A stretch of 50,564 bases of DNA, filler included, from Streblomastix strix (Eukaryota), in the NCBI GenBank assembly GCA_008636045.1. It is 3 parts of 3 records of this genome, joined end to end, with 100 filler letters (N's around TTAATTAATTAA, not from the genome) between each part and the next. Parts side by side here need not be neighbours in the genome. Positions count along the whole stretch, not along the records: positions 16,904 to 33,692 come from SNRW01000767.1; positions 33,793 to 50,564 come from SNRW01000768.1; 1 more part is not named here. One strand, given 5' to 3'. Made by a program: the position numbers and the translations under genes. Positions within the stretch are counted from its first letter, which is position 1. Each line of letters begins with the position of its first letter. The notes under the pieces were generated by a model that was not told the DNA's origin, made no database searches, and was given only the letters and a program-made list of their open reading frames with translations. Shown in pieces: positions 28,132 to 38,628 of this stretch.

Positions 28132-28257
28132 ATGGACGGATTCAATGAAACTATCATCTATTCTCTGGAATAATTGAACATCAATTGGCATGCTATCTTT
28201 AAGACAATCTGGGAAGCAGCGATCAAATATGCGTGTGAATCAAAGATATGCTATTGA
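28132..28257 (+). CDS. Conserved 41-aa viral ORF D
   Basis: MDGFNETIIYSLEQLNINWHAIFKTIWEAAIKYACESKICY; a same-length homologue lies at 16557-16682. Confidence 0.65.
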
Positions 28258-28278
28258 AAAATAAATTTATTTTTGTAA

Positions 28279-30222
28279 TCAACCAGCATTGATCGTACTT
28301 CCGCCAAGCTCACCAATGACATCAATATTTAACACTTATGGATCAGGATTATTATCAAATGTAATTCGCATAAATGCATCACATAGATAATGTAGCATTG
28401 GTGTAATAGATGCCTTAGTTGGATCAGGATAACTTCTCATAGCAATAAATTATTTTAAGTCATTTCAGTTCTAATCTTTATTTATATCTGTACTATCTAA
28501 TACTCCTTTAGTCAAATTACCATTTAAAATAACTTATATATTTGTTCTTGCACCTAGCATTGATGAGTTATATCCTCGCATAAATGAATCATCAGTAGCT
28601 AATTTCCACGCTAACATATATTTGTTAGGATATAGTGTTTTACTAGCTTTTGTCCCTTTAAATAATGTAGTCATTGTGAATACATTTACGTCACCTCGTC
28701 CATAAAAATCACTTTTATCAGAACAATTCAGATTTTCAAATGTAAGTGAATGATATAGATCTGATGGGGCACTAACAACATCTTAATCAACGAAACAATC
28801 AAAAATTAGTCCATTAACGGTTTGTGTCAATGCGTTATATAGCTATGGAACTACATGTCGTTAATCAATAATTAAATCAAAATCATAAAATAATATAGGA
28901 TAAAACCATGTTGGATACTATGGCATGGCAAACGTCATAAATAGTGATTTCATATTAGAGAATGACATAATATTTTACATTGCTCCACTTTATTCAGTAA
29001 TACCACTAAATGGGAAATTTGATGATTAAGATTTAAATACTTAGGTAGGAAAATTGACTATTATTTATTCTCTAATCATGCTAACTATTGCTTCTTCATT
29101 TTCAACATTAAAACATATATTCTATATCTCTAATTTCTCAAATCGTGCATTATTTATTTAACTGATATTGTTCTATGGTCCTCTATCTCCATTTGCAGCA
29201 TTTTACATATTGACTATTCGTACATTAAATTTCTTATAACTAAATACTTCTGCTTCATTTGGTTCAGCTAATATATATACTATATCTGGTTTCTCAGGTG
29301 GAATCATGTGATAAGCCAAATGTAAATTTTGAACAGCATCAGTTTTGTTAAGCCAAACTACCTTCAAATCCTATAGATAATCTTATATCCAAAGTTATAG
29401 AAATAGTGAAGCATAATTCCGTGAAAGAACAGGAAATGAATTAAAGATTGGATTTAATTAATTAAGATCAAGTACTCCACTAAATGTAATATCAAATGGA
29501 ATTTTAAAATACCAAGGAGTTGTACCTGATTATTCATCAATATCAGATAGAGGAATGTCAATAAATATTCCACAATGACGTTTACCATTAATGATGCTTT
29601 CTAGTGGAGAAACACTAACGCTATTACTAGTGCACAAATCACTCAATGAATTAGAACTAATTGCAGCTTATTCTCTGGCATATATAAAAGTATTCCATAA
29701 TGCAGTAGCATCACGCATCAATTGAAATTGGTGAAATGGTATACACGCAGTGGAGAATCCAAGCCAAAAACGTAATCGCTCAGATTTCTCATCTCCTTCA
29801 ACTGTTTTTCCATAAAACTTTTAATTTGCTTATGCTATATTTTTTGCAACAGGATCTTAGGAATTTATTTTACCATTGAAGTTAAATCTTTTATTTATAT
29901 CATCTCCTTCTTCATTTGTTTTATTTAATTATATCGCTAATGTATCGGCTGGTATGGTAATTGTCCAATTTACTTAGCATGTATACACCATTGAACATGT
30001 GGCTAATCCCCTTGCCCCTAGTGGTGCTCTAGTATATTTTACTCCACTAGATGTTAATTCATTTTCTGGTTAATCGGTGAATTATTGCATGGAAATTGAA
30101 AATGATCCTTGATGAATCTTTAATGTTTTTAATACTTCACCTTATTACATATAACCAGCAACGTAATCAGAGTGTTACATTTTTTGCAAACGGGCTAGAT
30201 AATCACTAGATTTGAATGACAT
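28279..30222 (-). CDS. Putative major capsid protein (647 aa; double jelly-roll inferred)
   Basis: Intronless ORF MSFKSSDYLARLQ...RLRFWLGFSTAC...FSGVLDLNQLNPIF...YMLAWKLATDDSFMRG...TPMLHYLCD...INAG*. Size, beta-rich pattern and neighbourhood fit an MCP. The ORF is well supported but the function is inferred. Confidence 0.65.
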
Positions 30223-30288
30223 TTCAATAAAACAAAAATAACTGTATGCTGATGACAATAATGATAATAAATTTTATATTAAATCAAA

Positions 30289-30498
30289 ATGGGATTCTTC
30301 TCTGGAATAGCGAATTTTGGATCGAAAATTTTAGGCGGTGTTAGGAAAGCAGCGTGATGGGTAGCACCAGCATTACATAAAGTTTTATCAACGATATCTG
30401 GCCCAGTTGGAATGATTCATCCTGCTATTGGTGGCGCATTAGGGGCAGGAGCTAATCTTGCTGGTGCTGTTGATCGATTAGTCAATAAGCGAGGATGA
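30289..30498 (+). pseudogene. Small Gly-rich amphipathic protein, adenovirus protein-VI-like (one internal TGA at 30355)
   Basis: MGFFSGIANFGSKILGGVRKAA*WVAPALHKVLSTISGPVGMIHPAIGGALGAGANLAGAVDRLVNKRG*. Confidence 0.6.
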
Positions 30499-30524
30499 AA
30501 CTCGATCAATTTATTTTTGTAAAA

Positions 30525-32789
30525 ATGAACATCCCATTATCGTAACAAAAAACTCGAACAGTTAGATAGTTAATCACTAACGATATTGCTTAATATATTC
30601 AATATTAGAAACGAGGTGGATCAAGTGGCGGAATGATGTCCGATGAGGAGTATCAATTATTCATAGATAATAACAATGCATTAGTCTATGCCGCTAACAA
30701 ATAAATACTCGATGGAATGGCATCAGATTACGCATTAAAAATAGATCCTCCGGGGCTATTAACGATAAAGAATTTGAAGGTGATTAATTTTGATTTTATC
30801 GCTTTGATTAATTAGTTGATTAATTAAGTGAATTTACTATAATAATCAATTGGAACAACAAAATAAGATATCTCTGATATAAAAAATGATATTGATACTA
30901 TTAATCAAAAAATATCAAGATAAACACATTTCAGAGGATATTATTTATTGAATACAGATATTAAAAAATTTTTTAATTCCTCTAATGGAGATTTTGCTTT
31001 TAGTGCTGAAAGTGGAACAGTTTGGATGTTTGATTAAAATTGGTATAATAGTGAAGATATAGTTCCAGATCAAGTTACACCAGCTAGTGATGCAACACCA
31101 TTATCTGATGGTACAGCATCAGCAGGAATTAGCACAGACTAATCACGTGGGGATCATGTGCATCCCAGAAATGTAACATCAACTATTCCAATTAGTGATT
31201 CTGCTAGTGGATCAGTTGGTACAAGCAATTATTATGCTATAAACGATCATTCTCATCCCCTCAATATAACTTCTACTGTACCACCACAAGATAGTGCAAG
31301 TGGATCAGTTGGTACAACTAATTTTTATGCTTGAAACGATCATTCATATCCCATTAATGTAGAAACTAACGCTTCAAATATTCCAATCGTTGATGGTGTA
31401 GGAGCTAATGGAACATCTTCTTTTTACGCTAGACAAGATCACGTTCATCTATAACAATTAACATATGACGGGAACGTAACTGCAACAAAATTTATTAAAA
31501 CTGGAGGATTAGCAACTGAAGTGTTATGCACTAATGGAGATACTACAACGATATCTAATAAGATATCTCGTGAATATAATGCAAGTGCTGGCGTATGGAT
31601 TAGATTATGTAACTTTCCTGCTGGTGCCAGTGTTGGTAGTCCATTCATTGAATTTAAAGTATATTCAACTTATAATGCAGTTCAAACCATTAAATTACTG
31701 CCATATTATACCGAAAATGGAATCACTAATGTATATGGAATATTTAATGCTCCAGTTAAAGTTAGTTCATATTATGATATTGAATAAAGTGTTAATTAAC
31801 TATTTCATAATCATTCTGGATCAGGCACATCAGCTATTTATTCGGCATATGTTCGATTAGAATCAGCTGGTACCGTTACGATAGTTGTATCTGATTAAAG
31901 CACTTATTATACCAATAGAATCACAGAGATATTAACCTAAGATGTAGTCTAAGTAGTAGCAAATGGTACATAAATACCAATTACTTATGATTTAGCTAAT
32001 GGAGGAATAATAAATAATATGCTATAAGTTAATCCAACAGGTAGAACATATACTACGTTTAATAATGGTATTAGAATTGGAAACTATAACACAGAATACT
32101 CATCATTATATTTAGGCTGTTCAAATTCAGCTATAAATACTATACGAACTGGTTAATGAGAAATTAGTAAAACAAGTGATAGGGCATTGACAATTAACCC
32201 ATCTTCTCAATGATAAGCTGATCATAGTGTTGGTTTAAGTATTATTGGTGACAGTTCAATAATAAAATTTAATGGTAATGAATTAGTGAATGTTAGAACT
32301 GATTAAACAATTACAGGTATAAAAACATTCGGAAAATTATTATAAGATAACCCATCAGCTGATGGAACATATAACGAAGGGATACGAATTAGTAGATCAA
32401 CAAAAAATTAATGGAGTAATATATAATTTAGTTGTGATCCAAATACAAATTCTGGGGGTATTGATAACTAATGGATTATAGGAACATCTGGAAATAATGA
32501 TGAAAATCCACTTGGTTTTATCATAGCAAAGGCAGGATAAGAAGGTTAGACTAGTAGAGGTTTATAAATATCCGCTGATGGAAACACATTAACGTTCAAT
32601 GGATCTGTTGTTGCTGGTATTGGGGCAACAAATGGTGCAACTAATGGTTCAGTTAATTATTCTGCAGGCAATCCAATATTATGTGGTCTAAATAGCGTTG
32701 ACACTAATGGAGGATTTTATAGCGGTGGACCTAAAGTGTATTGGAGAGCTAAACCAGTTACATTAGGGGCTGTTCCTGTTCCTCCATGA
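30525..32789 (+). pseudogene. Long tail-fibre-like protein (754 codons; TGAs at 31332, 32157, 32211)
   Basis: One continuous frame with four G-x(4-5)-(Y)(A/S)RxDHxHP-type repeats, DQTITGIKTF, and repeated GIRI...W modules. Confidence 0.7.
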
Positions 32790-32819
32790 TCAATGATAAT
32801 AATTTATTTTTGAAATTAA

Positions 32820-33173
32820 ATGGAAAAACAATAGATATAGCCAATCAAATAATTATTCAATGAATTAGTCAAATCTCACTTTAATGATATCGATACAATT
32901 AAAGGAACAATTGAAGCATTATAAAATTTGTTAAAGAATGATGTAAAAGAATCAATCCATCCATTACTCTAAGAATTAATGAGAATTAATAAAATGTTCA
33001 CTAATCAATAACAATAATTATAAAATATGAAGAAGATGGTAGATGAAGAAGATAATAAAAATAAATTATTTAATGAATAGGATAAATACTTCAAAAAATA
33101 AATATTTATTAATCAAAAAATCATTAGATCTAAACAATTAATCATAACAAATAAAGAAATACATTATCTCTGA
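32820..33173 (+). CDS. Viral ORF C, coiled-coil (probably frameshifted, continuing to about 33280)
   Basis: MEKQQIQPIKQLFNELVKSHF...; KKYIISEA in another frame matches the sister copy. Confidence 0.6.
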
Positions 33174-33238
33174 AGCTAGTGAAGAAGAAAAATAGATTCA
33201 CCATTAATTTGTGAATGATGAATAATACAGTAACTTTG

Positions 33239-33493
33239 TCAATTATTATCAGCTTAATTTAAAATAATAAGATTGTTGATATATTATATGTATTTGATTA
33301 TCTCTTCAATTTTATCTTACATTGGTTCGAGAAAACAAAAATGCTAATTTAATTGTTCATATATTTATTTTTCCTCATCATTCATTTCATTTAAATTTAT
33401 CTCAATTAATGCTTCAAATATTTTGAAATTCTCATACTCAGATGCATTATACTTTTCACCAATGCTTCTAGCTAATTAGTAAAGCTATTCCAT
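33239..33493 (-). CDS. Viral ORF B (84 aa)
   Basis: MEQLYQLARSIGEKYNASEYENFKIFEALIE; homologue at 21272. Confidence 0.65.
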
Positions 33494-33503
33494 TTCATTT
33501 AAT

Positions 33504-33668
33504 TCAAACAATTTATTTACTTGGTTAATTTAACATTTTAAGATAATGGATATATCTCCAATGTGTGGCCAATTCTAAATCTTTATTTGCTATTGCTTCA
33601 TTCAGAAATGTTTCGATTTATTCTACAGATAGCTACGACCAGTGAATTCTAGGCTAATTCTTATCCAT
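33504..33668 (-). CDS. Viral ORF A (54 aa)
   Basis: MDKNQPRIHWSQLSVEQIETFLNEAIANKDLELATHW; homologue at 21095. Confidence 0.65.
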
Positions 33669-33692
33669 TTTTCTTTTGTAAAAGAATTGTAT

Positions 33693-33792
33693 NNNNNNNN
33701 NNNNNNNNNNNNNNNNNNNNNNNNNNNNNNNNNNNNTTAATTAATTAANNNNNNNNNNNNNNNNNNNNNNNNNNNNNNNNNNNNNNNNNNNN
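33693..33792. other. Artificial contig linker
   Basis: N run + TTAATTAATTAA + N run. Confidence 0.97.
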
Positions 33793-35256
33793 ACTATCCT
33801 TGTACAACTTTTAACTAGGAGAATATAATAAAATAAAAATTAGAAGCTGAAACAATGTGGCGGATGATCTGTGGTCATTTTATTGAGATTGGAAAATGAG
33901 ATATTGAAAAAAATTAAAACGCTCTCCAAAAAATAACCCCTGCCAATTCAATGGGAAAATGTGTTTGTAGCGCCATTAGACATAAATTGAAAGTTTTGGT
34001 GCCGCGGCCAACGATCTGTGGTCATTTCAAATTTTAATAGGGATTAGATGCTAATCTTGCCATCCAGATATGATCTAGAAAAAATAAGAAAGTTTTGACA
34101 TGAACCCCAGCCATTATTAAAAAAAATATAATTAGAATACCAATATTCTTAGTTTTATGGAGAAAACGAGAAAAAAGCTGTAGCTCGTGCAGATATGCTC
34201 TGATATATAATTTGTTGGTATACAACCTCTTTATTTGGCATTTCTCACAGAATGAGCTAGTGTTGTTTTGGAGGCACGTGTAGGCAAAAAATTTTTCCTG
34301 GCCTATCTCAAATATGCCTAAAATGCCATGGTTAGGCCGACCCACCCAGTCAAAACCTTCAGGGTCAATTTGGCATCCCCAAGTTTATATTAATTATGTT
34401 CTATACATCAAAAAATTAAATGTATATTGTTTAAGAACTCAATAGTAAAGTGCAAAATTCTCAAAATTAACACCAATTTCGTTGAGAAAAAGATAATTTC
34501 TTTTTATATATGCAATTTCAACTTTTTATTTTTTATATTTCTTATAAATAAAAATACAATATTATTTAAAGACTCATTTAAATATTTAATTATAAATCCT
34601 TAATTGAAATAAAAGGTTAAATGAGTTTTTAATTTGACTTTAATTCGTTTTAATCAGAATGATGAAAACAATCCCCGACGAAGGAGTTACAAGTGTTTCA
34701 GGAAAAAATAAGATTTGGCTGTTGGGGCACAAATTCGCAATATTAGGGAGTTCATTCTTAGTTTTTTTCTTGGTCATGATAATAAGTGGAGATGCTTAAT
34801 TGATATATCCTGGCATAATTAATGCGTCATACTTTATACCTATTGGAATATTTCTTCTGAGTATAAATGCATAGTTGATTATAACTTACGATCTTAAAAG
34901 CAGAGTATTGATTGCATTCAAAGTATGAAATTAATTTTCTTTCTTTAAACATCCATTCAATTAATGTATTAAAATAGATAAGAAACATTGTGAAACTTAT
35001 GTTCTGTATGAATAAATATAAGCAATAGACATATGACGAAAATTCAATCAACTGTGCATTTCAGAATGATGGATACTGTTATAGAGGATGCCATGAATGT
35101 TGTCAATGCAACAAATCATAGAAACTTTGTTTGACAAATGGGAAAATTAAATCATTTGCTTAAATATTCAAGTAAGACGAACTCATCCCTATAGTTGAAG
35201 CTACTAATTCAAGAGAGCCACAAGATCCACAAGGATACGGATTAGTATCGTACAAT

Positions 35257-37720
35257 CAGGGTTATTTTTCATATTTTTTTGTTGGTGGCTACGTAACATT
35301 TGGGGGTGGCAAACTTTTTTTGAATGTAAATTAATAATAATAAAATCTTTGAAATTTATTATTAATAAATAATTAATTTTTTTTTATTTTGACGAGTATA
35401 AATAATTAAAAAAAAACCATTGATAAAAAAATATATTAGTTTAACAAAACTGATAATTATTCTGAATGAAATTGAAGAATTTTTAAAAAAATGAACAAAT
35501 AGAAAATTGGATATAAATAATAATGAATTAAATTCAAGTATCATTTGAATTAAGTGTTTTTCAGGAACAATTCAGAATATTTAAGATTAATATTGATAAA
35601 TCAATTTATTGAAATGAATATGAGGAATAATTATGATTGTTTCCGATTTTACTTGAAGTTTCATTTGAATTAAGTGCTTTCCAGGTGCATTTCAGTGTAA
35701 TTCAGATTAATGTTGATAAATCAATCTAATGAAATGAATAAGAGGAACAAATATGATTGATTCTGATTTTAATTGTAGTTACATTTGAATTAAGTGCTAT
35801 CTAGGAACAATTCAGAGTAATTTAAATTATTTGCTTAGAAGTGTAATTAATATGATACATTGAGTTATTAATTTGATTAATTTTAAATAATTTTCAAGAA
35901 TATAAAGTTTGAATTCTTTGAAAAACAATAAAATTCAACATAAATAATAAATATTTAAATAATTACATAAACAAATTAATTAATATATTTATTAAAAATT
36001 ATATATCAAAATATAAATTAAATTTCTATATATAGACATAATAATCAATAAAAACAATTATAATTAATAAATAAAATAAAATTGTGATTTGATAATCTTA
36101 TTTTTCTCATCATCCATTTTAATCATCTTCAAATTCATCCATATATCCGTTAAGAATATATAGTTTAGACTGCCAAAAATTATGAGGTAAGCTTAATCAC
36201 TATAATGCAATAATTCTCGAATCTTCATCAGATATTTCATCTGGAGAACTAAAAATTACTGAAAGGATATAATTTAAAGTAGGTTCTCCAAGTCTATTCT
36301 TTATTGATGATTTAACTTTTTTCTTTGCACTGAAAAGACACTAAACAGGTGCATTTGATGGAGCGATTGTAATTTGAATTTGAGCTAAAGTTCTTATCAT
36401 CAGAAATTAGCTAAATTCTTATGATCTCAATACAATTTAACAAGTTTATTGCACAGATTTTCCTTCTGTATCTTTATTAAGATTTTTTGCTTCAACCCAT
36501 TCTTATTGCAATTGAATTGAAACTTATCTTTTTTATTATTCATCATGTTCTTTGATAATTAAGTGAATTTATTCTTAATTTAGTGTTGATTACAATTTGT
36601 GATTATTTCTATTCTTCTATAATTTTGATTTATCATTATTTTCTATTTCTAAGAGATTGAACTTTAATACTTAATTGAACTAAATTACTATAAGAATTTT
36701 TATAATAACAGCAATAAATTTAATTATTATTAATAAAAAAGCAAAAATATTCAAGTTTTATTAAAAATATGTTTTAAATTTTAAAATTAAAAAAATAATT
36801 AATACCGTCATCATCAGAATCAGTTTCAAATATATCAGCCTCATTTGAATGTTTTGTACTTTATTTTTATCTTAATTGAAATCATTACTTCAAATTCCAT
36901 TATTATTATGCATAAACTTTTCATTTTGTAAAATTCTTTATGATTCTTAACCGTTTTGTGCCTAAATTCGAATAGTCTTTGCATATATTCCAATTTCACT
37001 TCAATGTCATATCTGTTAATCAATCGAAACAAAATCCTGGAAAAATAATATAGCCTGTGGAGGATGATTCATTTTTTTTCAGTAATATTAATTTTCTATA
37101 ATTTAAATAAAATAAATATTAATAAAAATATAATAATGCACACTTTATTTATCTACATTTAGAAAAAAGTAACACAAGATCATCCTCATCTAGAAATAGT
37201 TGTTAATCAGTCAAAAGCAGGAAAGATTCTAATTATTCACTTTAATAAAGCAATCTTCAGAAAATGGTTTTATTCTAGTTGAATTTGTCTCTATAAATAT
37301 ATAAATATAATAATGCATGTCAGTAAAATACAATTTTTGAAAAAATATAAAATTTAGGTATTTATAGGAAAAAAAAATTCTTTTTAAATTAGCAAAAAAA
37401 CTGTCTATTTTAATTAATTTTTTATTAAGTTAATAAAATAAATTTTTAAAATATAATTATATCGTTCAAATAATTGAATTAGAACATAATAAAGTACCTT
37501 GTTAAAAGAGTAGAGAACCGGTTAAATTTTTGCTTATTTTCACGCTATTAATCATGTCAAGTCACTTTTAAAAAAGTTAGATTTTTTTCTTTGAATTTTT
37601 TGAAAAATTGTCAAAATAGGTGAAGTCGAAAATAGGCTTCTTTTCCTAAAATTCAAGGTGGCAACAAAAATGGTTCAAATGTGGCTGTTGCCACCCTGTT
37701 TAAAGTAGAAAAAAACCCTG
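35257..37720 (-). mobile_element. hAT DNA transposon (internally decayed) with TIRs and 8-bp TSD
   Basis: Ends CAGGGTTATTTTTC and GAAAAAAAACCCTG, flanked by CGTACAAT at 35249-35256 and 37721-37728. Subterminal GGTGGC(A/T)AC motifs occur at both ends. Relic dimerisation domain TIAPSNAPVQCLFS...KNRL at about 36250-36400. Confidence 0.92.
35542..35825. repeat. 120-bp tandem repeat, about 2.4 copies, inside the hAT element
   Basis: catttgaattaagtg recurs at 35542, 35662 and 35782. Confidence 0.9.
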
Positions 37721-38628
37721 CGTACAATCCACCTTCCACAATTTTGTTACACGAATCTTAATTATCTTATCCGCTTAAATATTCTGATTCTGTTGTGCTA
37801 TCATCGTCACAACTAGCACTTTCGCAACAATAGGCTAATTATCAACTTCAGAGCTCATACCCTACACAGTTGCTTGCATAAGATCTTTGTTTTGCCAAAG
37901 AAAGATACATATAGACTTCACCGAACCAAGTTTTATATATACTATCATACATTTTCATTAATTTGTTATTTATCTTAATATGTATTAATGGTAGATTGAT
38001 AGAATATTGAATAAATTTATTGTTTAACGTTAAAAATCTTAAGAGAGACTATGATTTATCATTTGATTATTACCATTTTAGTGAATTTGAAATTCGAATT
38101 TTAAATAATTAGAAATTTTATTTGCATAATCTAAATTAAATTTTTTATATTAAAATAAAATAATAAATTTGAATATAAATAACCGGAGAATTTTAGGGAC
38201 GTCGATGGCCGTAGCGGTTGGATGGACCCCGCAGATGGCTTCATTTCGCTAGCAAAAACGCCAGTACCAGGGGACGCCCCCACAACAGTCGCCTGGCACA
38301 TACGGGTACGATGAGACGCCTTAATTTGATCCTGAACATGAAGTAGCCGTACAAGAGGTGTGCGTTAGGCAGATGGAGTCTTTTTTCTCTTTTATGGACG
38401 TTCTAGAATTAGTTAGATAACCAACTTGAATATTTTTTTTATTTACATACTATACATGCTATTTTCCAGTAATTTTATTTCAATAAACTTCACCTAGTTT
38501 AAATTTTTTCAATTTCAATTTTTTTCACTAATTTTGTAATGATCAATTGTTTCAATATTTTATTAAATTTTCTTTTCAAATTTAATTTGCATATATTTTT
38601 ATTAATTTTTCTTTAGATTAAGCAATCA

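Larger units (their letters stand above)
23392..33692. mobile_element. Endogenous Polinton-like / adintovirus-like dsDNA virus (better-preserved copy, truncated by the contig end)
   Basis: Dense intronless ORFs including putative capsid, fibres and a pVI-like peptide. Other copies occur in the window, and the sister copy carries polB and an ATPase. The left boundary is uncertain. Confidence 0.75.
34659..38010 (+). pseudogene. Host gene (hydrophobic and Cys-rich segments) interrupted by a hAT element
   Basis: Removing the element and one TSD rejoins the frame as ...PQGYGLVSYN|PPSTILLHES.... The outer boundaries are approximate. Confidence 0.55.

Noticed and set aside
30525..32789. TGA recoding or selenocysteine in viral genes
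   Set aside because: The internal TGAs correspond to different expected residues (Arg, Trp), which fits mutation rather than recoding.
35542..35825. Regularly spaced repeats as a CRISPR array
   Set aside because: Whole 120-bp units are similar, there are no unique spacers or cas genes, and the DNA is eukaryotic.
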